Shown here: piece by piece, positions 26,567-35,029 of the stretch
Layout: each line of letters opens with the position of its first letter
Numbering within the stretch: the first letter of the stretch is position 1
Assembly (NCBI GenBank): GCA_963827235.1
Contig: CAWHAE010000018.1
Coordinates: forward strand, 288,001-352,000
Length of the DNA stretch: 64,000 bases
Source of the DNA: an uncultured bacterium
GTDB lineage: Bacteria; Chloroflexota; UBA5177; JANWHV01
Direction: 5' to 3'
Notes under the pieces: generated by a model
Databases searched by the model: none
Seen by the model: only the letters and a program-made list of their open reading frames with translations
What the model was told of the DNA's origin: nothing
Translations under genes and position numbers: made by a program

Positions 26567-27915
26567 GCGCTGACCGCGGCGATGCCTTGGTCGTCGAGGC
26601 GTGGAGGGACAGATGGAGAGCTTCGAGACGTCACACCGATCGGTAGCGAGATGTAGCCCATTCTCCAGACGGGAATGCTGGTGTCTTTCCCGGGGCCCTT
26701 GACCAGCGTGACCGAGACGTAGACATTGGGCGCAAACAGTCCGCTGATCGGCAGGCTGATCGTCGAGCTGTTGCTCGGAAGGGTGAGCAGCATGTGTGAC
26801 AACACCGTGCCACGCTCCACCGTGACCATCGCCGTCATGCCGGCAAGCGGCGCGGTGACCAGGATGTGCGCCGTGTCACCCGGCTGATAGCTCTTCTTGT
26901 CCGCCACGAGGCGAATACGATCGTTGTTCTGGGGCTGCCACGGCACGTAGGTCTCGCCTTTGCCGAGCACCCACAGCGGCATCTTGCTGCTGGACGACCT
27001 GCCGGCGCGGTCGGTCGCGACCGCGTCCACGACGTATTCGCCGCCGTCCGCCGGCGCGACGAAGGCGTCCGCCTTGCCCTGTGCGTCGGTGTGCAGGGAG
27101 TACACGTGGACCAGTGTGTCCTTGTGCTTGTCCTGCCAGTAGTAGTTGCCGTTGCTGTCGCGCACGAAGCTGCTCAGCCAGACGCGCTTGTACAGCCTGA
27201 GCGCCACGGGCGTGCCAGGAGCCACGCGCGTGCCGTCGTCTCCAACGGTGACCAGGCGAATCAGGTTGGGCTTGCCCGCCGTCTGCAGGTAGTCGGCCGG
27301 CGCCAGTCCGACGTACACGGAGGACTTGTGAACCACGACCTGCGTGTCCTGCGCCACCTGCTGGTTGTCTGGACCGGTCAGGATTGCTTCCAGCGTAAAC
27401 TGCTGGCTCACCGGATTCGCTTTCACGTTGGCAGGCACGGTGAAGTGGAAGTCGCCGTGACTGTCGGTCCTGCCGCTGCCCTGGGTAACCTCCTGGCCGT
27501 TCGATCCCTGGTAGTTCATGAGGTCGACGTAGTCGTTGTCGCCGAAGCTGTAGTCGGGGAACAGCGCGCTGGAGAACACGAAGTCGTTCTCCGTGAGATC
27601 CCAGGTCACCGGGGCGTTGGTGAGCGGAGCACCGAAGTAGTAATTCGCGCGCACCTGCACGCCGACGGTTTCGCCCTGCGTGTAGTTGGCGTTGGCTCCG
27701 CGATCGCTGATCACCGTCACGGCATAGGTAGGCTTGGCATACTCGGCCACCTGGAAGGCGACGTCCGACGTGCTTACTCCGATCTGCGCGTGCAGGTCGA
27801 AGTAGCCCGTGGAGGCGGCCGGACTGAGCACCAGCTTGCCGCTGAACCCGCCGAAGCGGTCCAGGGACAGGCGCTCCTTGTAGATCGTGCCCTGGCGCGG
27901 ATCCTGGATGGTCAC
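26563..27915 (-). CDS. Alpha-2-macroglobulin fragment (MG domains)
   Basis: FQVAEYAKP, ANYYFGAP, DKKSYQPGDTA, TVERG, PNVYVSV. Confidence 0.6.
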   Translation of the reverse strand: MTIQDPRQGTIYKERLSLDRFGGFSGKLVLSPAASTGYFDLHAQIGVSTSDVAFQVAEYAKPTYAVTVISDRGANANYTQGETVGVQVRANYYFGAPLTNAPVTWDLTENDFVFSSALFPDYSFGDNDYVDLMNYQGSNGQEVTQGSGRTDSHGDFHFTVPANVKANPVSQQFTLEAILTGPDNQQVAQDTQVVVHKSSVYVGLAPADYLQTAGKPNLIRLVTVGDDGTRVAPGTPVALRLYKRVWLSSFVRDSNGNYYWQDKHKDTLVHVYSLHTDAQGKADAFVAPADGGEYVVDAVATDRAGRSSSSKMPLWVLGKGETYVPWQPQNNDRIRLVADKKSYQPGDTAHILVTAPLAGMTAMVTVERGTVLSHMLLTLPSNSSTISLPISGLFAPNVYVSVTLVKGPGKDTSIPVWRMGYISLPIGVTSRSSPSVPPRLDDQGIAAVSA

Positions 27916-29911
27916 CGTGGCCGATGTGCCGGCCGGCGGCGTGGTGTAGCGGCCGTCGTTGTCGCCGCGGGCGACGCCCTTGAAGTAGACGGCCTGGCCC
28001 GGCCGGTAGATCGGCCGCTCGGTGCGTGAGCCGCATGCGTACAGGCTGCAGATAGCTGGTGTACGGCAGATTGTAGTCCCACGGGCCGATGCCGCTATTC
28101 CAGTCGAGCGAACAGGCCGACACGTCCGTTCCCTTGTTGAGCCGGGCCATCAAGGAATGCTGGAGCAGACTGTCCGTGGCTGCCAGGCCTCGAGGCGTTT
28201 GCTGAAAGACTCCGTCCCGGTTGGTGACGCCGGCGGCCCAGATGCGCCCGCTGTTTGAATCGACCACGCGTACGGACTCGCCCGCCACGGGTCGCCCCGA
28301 CTGCAGATCGGTCGCCCACACGAAGACCTGGTTCTGACCGACCTTGAGGGTCACCGACGTGCGCGTGACCAGCACCAGCAGGTGATCCGCCGGGGAAGCG
28401 CCGTTGAGCGGCAGCCAGGCGTTAACCAGATAGTATCCGGGCGGCACTGGGGCACCGCCCGCGGTCAGTGCTTGCGACACCAGGATCGACCGGTTCAGCT
28501 TGGACTGGGCGTTGACCTGCCATGTGGCCAGCAGCGGTGTCCTGTCGGGCGCGGATCCGTCCCAATGCGAGGGAGGATTGGCGAGCAGCTGTTGGAACGT
28601 CGAAGGCGCCAGCTTGTAGAGATTGAGAGTGAAGTCCGACACGTTGAGGGCTCGGGCGTAGATATTGGCCCCCAGGTAGGCGTTGTACATAGCGCCCGGG
28701 CCCTGGTTGACCAGGGAGACGCTCGGGGCAGCCGGTTGCGTGGTGAACACCAGGTTGAACGCGCTGGGAAGCGACTGCCGTGCCGTACCGATCGCGCCCT
28801 GCGAAACGCTGACCGTGTACTCGGTTGAGGGCAGGAAGTCGCCGTCGATGGTGAGCTTGGTGCCGGAATCGTCCAGGTAGGCGTCGGAGTAGTCGACCTT
28901 CGGGCTGATGTGCACGGCGCGCTGCACGCGGCTTTGGTCCGCGGGCGCGGAAAGCTGGATGGAAATGCCGGAAGACGCGTCCACGCCGGTCTCGCCGCCG
29001 GCAGGCGAGCTTCCCGTTACCCGCATGGAGCCGGTGACGTCGAAGTGCCACCGGACAGCCGACGCCATGGGAAGCGGGCCGCCGATAGCCAGCACTCCCG
29101 CGCCCACGGAGGCATCCACCGAGGATCCGAGCGGAAACGCCGCGGAGGGATAGAACGTCATGACGGTATTCCTGGCCTGTGCAGGCGCGCCCGTTCCCGA
29201 TCCGGTGCTGCCGGTAGGCACGACAGCGGTGCTACCGTTCGACTGCGTGGCCAGCCGGGGACCGTTCCATGAGAAGTGGCCCGATACATGACGGCCGTCG
29301 ACGCGCACCGAGAACGCCGCCTCCGCCGTTGCTGGATGCACGGGCTCGTTGAACACTACCTGAAGGCTGTCACCCGGCCGCACGTACCGCGTGCCGCTCA
29401 CCGGCACCACGGTCTGCACGTTCGGGCGTAACGTGTCGAAGGAGAAAGCGTAGGCCGCGGCAAGGCGCGAGCCGTTGACCGCGCTGAGGTTGGGCACGGT
29501 CGTCACGCGATATCGCGTCGCGGGCGCCAGCCCGGCCGGCAACTGGTAGGCCCAGACACTGGTGGTTACCCAGCGGCCTTTCCCCGGTGCCGCCGGAGCG
29601 ATCGTAACCGGTTGGTGCGCTCCTGCTACGCCGACGTCGCCGAGCGAGACCATCGACTGGTCGAAGGTCAGCGACACGAAGCTAGTCGTCGGTACGTCAG
29701 TCGCGCCCGCGCTCGGGGTGCTCTTCGTCACGTGAACCGGATGGCCGGCCGCAGCCGTAGTGCCGGCCTGCCCCAGCGTTCCCGCGAGCAGCACGAGTGC
29801 GATGGTGATCCGAACCGCCGTGAGCGAGCATCGAGCAACGAGCGCCTTGCGCATTGGCTAATCCAATCCTTTCACTGCATTTCCTATCATGACACGTGAC
29901 ACCCACCTCGG

Positions 29912-32296
29912 CTAGAGGGGCGGTTGTGGTGTCTCCACCTGCACCGTCGCCACGCCGCTTCGCACGAGGCGGCCGGCTGCATCACGCCCGGTGGCCTGGA
30001 AGCGATGCGTACCGGCCCGCAGCTGCCAGAACCACTCCCCACTCACTCCCGTCAGGTGCGTCGCAGGTCTGCCATCCACGAGTACTTGCAGACTGCCCGC
30101 CACGATGGCGGTCGACTGCACGTCGACAGGAATGGCCTGGTACTGTGCCGGAATCGACAGACTGATCTGATACTGGGCGTTGTTTGGCGGAGCCGCCAGG
30201 GACACGACCGCCTTGACGATCGGCGCGTGTGGCCCACCTCTCGGTTGGGTCCCGGCGATGAACACTTCGTCGCGTCGGTCCGTGCAGGAGGCGTCGGGCG
30301 GCAGGCCGGTAGTCGGGCAGATCGTCTCATGCACGATACCCTGCGGCACTGTGAAGGCGCGTGACGGCAAGTTCTGGAGCGCGGCCTCCATGAAATCGTG
30401 CCAGATCGGCGCCGCGCCGCTGATGCCCGAGACGTCGCGCATGGCGCTGTTGTCTGCGTTGCCCACCCAGACGCCCGCGGTGAGGTCGGGCGAATAGCCC
30501 ACCGTCCAGTTGTCGTGGAAGTCGGTCGTCGTGCCGGTCTTGGCGGCCGCCGGGCGGTCGAGCAGGAGCGGGCTGTCGTCGCCAAACTCAGGCATCCGGG
30601 CAAGGTTGTCCGAGAGTATGCTCGTGATCAGGTAAGAGACTTGCGGGCTGATCGCTCTTCTCCCTCCTGTTGGTCGCCATTGGTAGAGCACTTTCGCAGT
30701 GCCGTCGGTGATGCGCAGAATGGAAACCGGATCGTGGTGCACCCCGCCGGTCGCGAATGTAGCGTACCCATCGGTGAGATCCAGAAGTCTCACTTCACCG
30801 CCGCCCAGCGTCAAGGACAGGCCGTAGCGGTGCGTGTCGTTCATCGTGGTGATGCCGGCGGCGTGTGCCACGTTCAGCATGGCTGCCAGGCCTACGTGTG
30901 CAAGCACGTCGACGGCCGGCACGTTATAGGAATTGGCAAGCGCGGTTCGCAGCGTAACCGGACCGTGGAACTGCAGATCGTAGTTCTGCGGCTCGTATGG
31001 CTGCTTCTCCTTGGTCTGGAATACGGTCGGCACGTCGTCGACCACCGTCGCGGGCGTGTAGTCGCGCGCGAACGCCGCCGCGTAGGTGAAGGGCTTGATC
31101 GCGGATCCCGGCTGCCGAGACGCCAGGGCCACATTTACCGCGCCGTCAATGCTCTGGTCGCCATAGCTTGCGCTGCCGACCATGGCCAGGATCTGCCCGG
31201 TGCCCGGGTCGAGCGCTACCAGGGCACCGTCGTGCACGTCGTTATCGGCCAGAGCGGCCACGTGCTGGCGCACGATCGCCTCCGCCCGCCGTTGCAGATC
31301 GAGGTCTAAGCTGGTAGTTACCTGCAGACCGCCCTGCTCGATGGCCTTCGTGCCGTAGCGCTGCTCGAGCTGCGCGATCACGTAGTAGACAAAGTGCGGC
31401 GCCTGCAGGCCGGACCCGCCTGCCGCCAGGGCAAGCGGCTCAGCGTTCGCCTCTCGCTCCTGCTGCACGCTGATGTAGCCATCCTTGCGCATCAGACCGA
31501 GCACCTCGCGGCGACGCGCCGTCGCTGCCTCAGGCGAGGTGAGAGGATCGTAGTAGGTTGGTGAACGGGGAATACCCGCCAGCAGAGCGCACTGCGCCAG
31601 GTCCAGCGCCGAGACCGGCCGAGCAAAGTACCCCTCCGCGGCTGCTTCTACGCCGTAGGCAAGATTCCCGTAGTACACGTTGTTCAGATAGAGGGCAAGC
31701 ACGTCGTCCTTCGACATGCGCAGCGATAGCTGCAGTGCCAGCGATGCCTCGTGCAGCTTGCGCGTCAGAGTACGCCGGTCGCGCTCCGCGGGACTGAGCA
31801 GGATCGTGCGCACGAGCTGCTGCGTGATCGTGCTTCCTCCGTAGGCGGGAGTCTGCAGGCGCACGTCCAGCAGGACTGACCGCACGATACCGCCTACGTC
31901 GATACCGGGGTTGTGATAGAACGACGCATCCTCGGCGGCAATGGTCGCCTGCCGCAAGGCCATTGGCATGCCGCGCAGCGGTACCGTCGCCCGCCTGCCG
32001 CCGGGACCGACCACTTCGAACAGAAGGTTACCGTTGCGGTCGAGAATGCGCGTGCTGGGGGCCGGCAAGTAGGCATTCAGGTTGGCAGGTAGCGGGTAGA
32101 TCCAGAAGAGAGCGAGCACACCCACTACGAGCACGAGCAGCAGCGCCACCAGCCCGGCCACCAGCCATCGAACGGCACGTCGCCACGACCGGCGCGGCCG
32201 CTCCCGTGGCAACTTGACCGGCACTGCCGCCGCATCCGCATCCAAATGACGGTCCCTTTCGCTGCCTGCCGGCTGCTCGCTATCAGGCTGCTCCAC
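29912..32296 (-). CDS. pbpC: Bifunctional transglycosylase/transpeptidase, PBP1C-like
   Basis: AAED..FY, GGSTITQQL, RKLHE; SxxK (GSAIK), SYN, KTGT; C-terminal Ig-like domain; directly upstream of the alpha-2-macroglobulin gene. Confidence 0.88.
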   Translation of the reverse strand: MEQPDSEQPAGSERDRHLDADAAAVPVKLPRERPRRSWRRAVRWLVAGLVALLLVLVVGVLALFWIYPLPANLNAYLPAPSTRILDRNGNLLFEVVGPGGRRATVPLRGMPMALRQATIAAEDASFYHNPGIDVGGIVRSVLLDVRLQTPAYGGSTITQQLVRTILLSPAERDRRTLTRKLHEASLALQLSLRMSKDDVLALYLNNVYYGNLAYGVEAAAEGYFARPVSALDLAQCALLAGIPRSPTYYDPLTSPEAATARRREVLGLMRKDGYISVQQEREANAEPLALAAGGSGLQAPHFVYYVIAQLEQRYGTKAIEQGGLQVTTSLDLDLQRRAEAIVRQHVAALADNDVHDGALVALDPGTGQILAMVGSASYGDQSIDGAVNVALASRQPGSAIKPFTYAAAFARDYTPATVVDDVPTVFQTKEKQPYEPQNYDLQFHGPVTLRTALANSYNVPAVDVLAHVGLAAMLNVAHAAGITTMNDTHRYGLSLTLGGGEVRLLDLTDGYATFATGGVHHDPVSILRITDGTAKVLYQWRPTGGRRAISPQVSYLITSILSDNLARMPEFGDDSPLLLDRPAAAKTGTTTDFHDNWTVGYSPDLTAGVWVGNADNSAMRDVSGISGAAPIWHDFMEAALQNLPSRAFTVPQGIVHETICPTTGLPPDASCTDRRDEVFIAGTQPRGGPHAPIVKAVVSLAAPPNNAQYQISLSIPAQYQAIPVDVQSTAIVAGSLQVLVDGRPATHLTGVSGEWFWQLRAGTHRFQATGRDAAGRLVRSGVATVQVETPQPPL

Positions 32297-32324
32297 CCGA
32301 CCGATCTCACTGCGTCACATCCAT

Positions 32325-32351
32325 AACGACGGGATCGCGAAAAAGGTTACG
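32325..32351 (-). promoter_or_regulatory. Putative ECF-sigma promoter upstream of pbpC
   Basis: Minus strand GTAACC-N16-CGTT. Confidence 0.35.
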
Positions 32352-32646
32352 CGACGCCCAGCGCGCGGATTACAGACCCGCCATCTTGCCGGAAGCAAGC
32401 ATAGCCCTGCCGCGGCACGTGGCTTCATTCATGTCCCGCCTTCTCCGGGAGCTTCCCGGCGTCGTGCTGTGCGCTACATGCACTTCCTCGCTATATTCAC
32501 TGTGGGCGGGATGCGGGCCGGCACTGCGGGCAGTCGTTCTGCCGGCGCGCCTCCACGCTGGGACCCTCACGTCCCGGCGGACCACGGGCGGCATTCGGCC
32601 ATCATGTAGTATTGGTCGCTGCGAGGCGATCTGGGGAGAAGCTGGA

Positions 32647-32805
32647 ATGGCAGACGAGAATCCCGAAGCGTATTGCGTGAAGTGCAAGACCAAACGCGCG
32701 ATCGCGGACGCGAAGCAAGTCACAATGAAGAACGGCCGCCCTGCGCTGCAGGGCAAGTGCCCCGTCTGCGGCACCACCTTAAACCGCATCCTCTCGAGCA
32801 AGTAA
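32647..32805 (+). CDS. DUF5679 family small zinc-ribbon protein
   Basis: AYCVKCK.KR...MKNGRPALQGKCPVCGT.L.RI; GGGGAG SD. Confidence 0.85.
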   Translation: MADENPEAYCVKCKTKRAIADAKQVTMKNGRPALQGKCPVCGTTLNRILSSK

Positions 32806-32958
32806 AGCGCTACGGTATCGCGCGTACGACGCCCTGGAGGCAGAAGGGATATGCCTCTGCCTCCAGGATGGCGGTTGCCGGTCTTGGTAAGGCGAAAAGC
32901 CCATGAAGCGCCCGCGCCACGCTGGGGAGTGGCCGCGTGTGGTTCCATGCACGTGTGC

Positions 32959-34308
32959 TCAGTGCAGCCCCTGCTGGGCTACCGCTTGCCTGCACAGGGT
33001 CTGTAGGGCCGACGACGAGCCCACCGCCAGGGCAACGTCCGAACCGTTCTGCCTGAGCGACATGGCGTAGTCCGCTGAGTGCCAGTCCACGGGAGCAGCC
33101 GACGCCAGGGTTGCGTGGAACCGCGCGCCGGTGTACGAGAGGAACGCTTTCACGAAGGCCTGTGCGCCGGCCGTCGAGTCAAAATGCGTGCGCCAAATCA
33201 GCAAGCTATTTCCGCTTGACTGGTACATTGCCCAACGGTCGCTTTGCAGCGTCGTCGAAGCTAGGGTGGCTGCCTGTGTGTCGGCCGCCGAGGTTTGGTG
33301 CTGGTCGAGCAGATCGATCAGCGTGAACGACCCCAGGACGTCGCTGCTTGTTCTCTGCCACCCGGTGCCCAGCGAAACCGACGGAGCGGCAAGCGATGCA
33401 CTTGCCCGCGTGCTTTGCAGGTAGAGCGCCGGGTTAAGCACCTGTCTTGTGCTGCTGGGCGGATCGGCAAGGGCGTGGTTGACGGCATCGATCGCGGCGG
33501 CGTTTGCCGCATCCCCCTTCCTCCCCTTCGCCGCGGCAGCCATCAGGTATTTGACAAATACCGTGCCCTGCTGGGTCGGGAAGCCCAGACGATCCTGCGC
33601 GAAGTCGGAAGTGGTCGACCCAGAGCTCTGCAGCTGTTGGTTGAAGGTAACCTGATCCTGCTTGCTGAACGACGCCGCGTAGTTCAGCATGGTGATGAAC
33701 GCGTCGCCTTCAACCACGGCCTCTCGCGCCATCAAGGCATCCGTGTCATAGCCGCCTGCGCTCATGGTGTTTGTCAGCAGCCTGCTCAGTCCAAACGACT
33801 GATCCTGCAGCGCCTTCGTATACTCATGGGCAATCACGGCCCGGTCCAGAGGGGAAAACGGCTTCTTGGCCGCCAGCACGTAGAGGCACCGCGTGCGCGG
33901 GTCGTAGTCGGCAGCACTGGCCATGGGATAGGGCCTGCGACTGGCTGCCGTCAGGTCTTGCTCCGAGCCCAAGGCTCCGAGCAGGTGCAGCGCCCCCGCG
34001 GTACCGGGAACAGATTGGCCGGCCAGCTCCACTTGCGCCGTCCCCGCGATGGCGGTGCCGAGCGCGCCGGCCGCTAGAAATCGGACTGGGACCGGCGATC
34101 TCGGCATGAGCGATCGAATGCGCGACGTTGCGCAGGCAATGGCAGTCACGCTTCTCTCGGTCACGGCATCGCCGGGGCCGGAGAACGCAACCTGCCCTTT
34201 CGGGCACGGATCAGCGGCGAGCGCTGTAGACGTCCCCGGATCGCAGATGCGCGCGTATACCAGGGCGAAGGCCACGAGCAGAGATAGTCGCAACAGACAA
34301 CTGGGCAT
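32959..34308 (-). CDS. Secreted zincin-like protein with an altered HExxH motif
   Basis: Signal-like N-terminus; YDP....LYV, IAHEYTKALQDQ.F, A..EGDA, PPSST.QVLNP..Y. Confidence 0.7.
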   Translation of the reverse strand: MPSCLLRLSLLVAFALVYARICDPGTSTALAADPCPKGQVAFSGPGDAVTERSVTAIACATSRIRSLMPRSPVPVRFLAAGALGTAIAGTAQVELAGQSVPGTAGALHLLGALGSEQDLTAASRRPYPMASAADYDPRTRCLYVLAAKKPFSPLDRAVIAHEYTKALQDQSFGLSRLLTNTMSAGGYDTDALMAREAVVEGDAFITMLNYAASFSKQDQVTFNQQLQSSGSTTSDFAQDRLGFPTQQGTVFVKYLMAAAAKGRKGDAANAAAIDAVNHALADPPSSTRQVLNPALYLQSTRASASLAAPSVSLGTGWQRTSSDVLGSFTLIDLLDQHQTSAADTQAATLASTTLQSDRWAMYQSSGNSLLIWRTHFDSTAGAQAFVKAFLSYTGARFHATLASAAPVDWHSADYAMSLRQNGSDVALAVGSSSALQTLCRQAVAQQGLH

Positions 34309-34522
34309 AAAAGTCCCAATAATAGCGAAAGCAGCTAGGCAATGACAAGGCCTGATGAGAACAGGAATGTTGAAGAATCTATGAACGCGCCGGCCGCGAG
34401 GACGATCCTCCTTCCAGCGCGTACACGCACCCACCGCGCGTCACGCGCCAACCATTAACGCTAGCACATGCCCCATGGCCGCTGGATGAACCCCTCGGCT
34501 CGCACGGCCACCCGAACGCCGG

Positions 34523-34795
34523 CTACCTGAATGCCGCGATCTTCTCCTCCAGCATGCGATCCGACGGCTCGACCAGTACGGAGCCGTCCGCAAATACGAT
34601 GGTCGGCAGCCGGCACAGGCCGCCATTCAGCCGCTCCACCAGATTCGCCAGCTCCGCCTGGCCGTCAATGTCGATGTACCGGTATGCGACCCCATTTCGA
34701 TCGAGGCACCTACGCGAACGTCGACAATCGCCACACCAGGCAGTGCCGTACAAGGTGACGTCGGGGTCGCCTGGCACATACACCAAATCGGTCAA
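34523..34795 (-). CDS. Mycoredoxin/NrdH-like glutaredoxin
   Basis: YGTAWCGDCRR, IDID, PTIVFADGSVLVEP; GGAGGA SD before TTG. Confidence 0.85.
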   Translation of the reverse strand: MTDLVYVPGDPDVTLYGTAWCGDCRRSRRCLDRNGVAYRYIDIDGQAELANLVERLNGGLCRLPTIVFADGSVLVEPSDRMLEEKIAAFR

Positions 34796-35029
34796 AGCAC
34801 GCGTTCCTCCCCCGGAATCATTCTACCCAACTTCGGCAAAGTCCAACGTGACCCCCGGCACATACTACCCGGTCGGGTACTGCCCCGTCGCGCGGTTGCG
34901 CTTATCATAGGAAAGCACGAGTTGGCTACCACGCATGACCGAGTCTCTCATGCCGGAGCGTATCCCGACTGCCAGCGGGCTCGCGCTAGCCTGGGTGAGT
35001 TCGGTCTACCGTGCTGATCCGGGAGCAGT

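Larger units (their letters stand above)
24184..29854 (-). pseudogene. Alpha-2-macroglobulin family protein, interrupted by three frameshift sites (pseudogene or sequencing error)
   Basis: Signal peptide and Ig-like repeats; TERPIYRPGQ, F.VAEY.KP, SYQPGDTA, Gly-rich bait region plus FPDTAYW, PDNLTTW, thioester CNEQ, QNADGGWGWW, EDPLPAGAE, RDDR. Frame breaks near 28025, 26575-26630 and 26150. Confidence 0.88.

Noticed and set aside
26876-28025. C-terminal third of the 992-aa ORF 26876..29854
   Set aside because: It is out-of-frame read-through after the frameshift near 28025 (Arg/Gly-rich nonsense); the real macroglobulin sequence continues in another frame.
34860-35029. c-di-GMP riboswitch upstream of the GGDEF/HD-GYP gene
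   Set aside because: The class I (GGCAAA...GCAAAGC) and class II consensus elements are not found.
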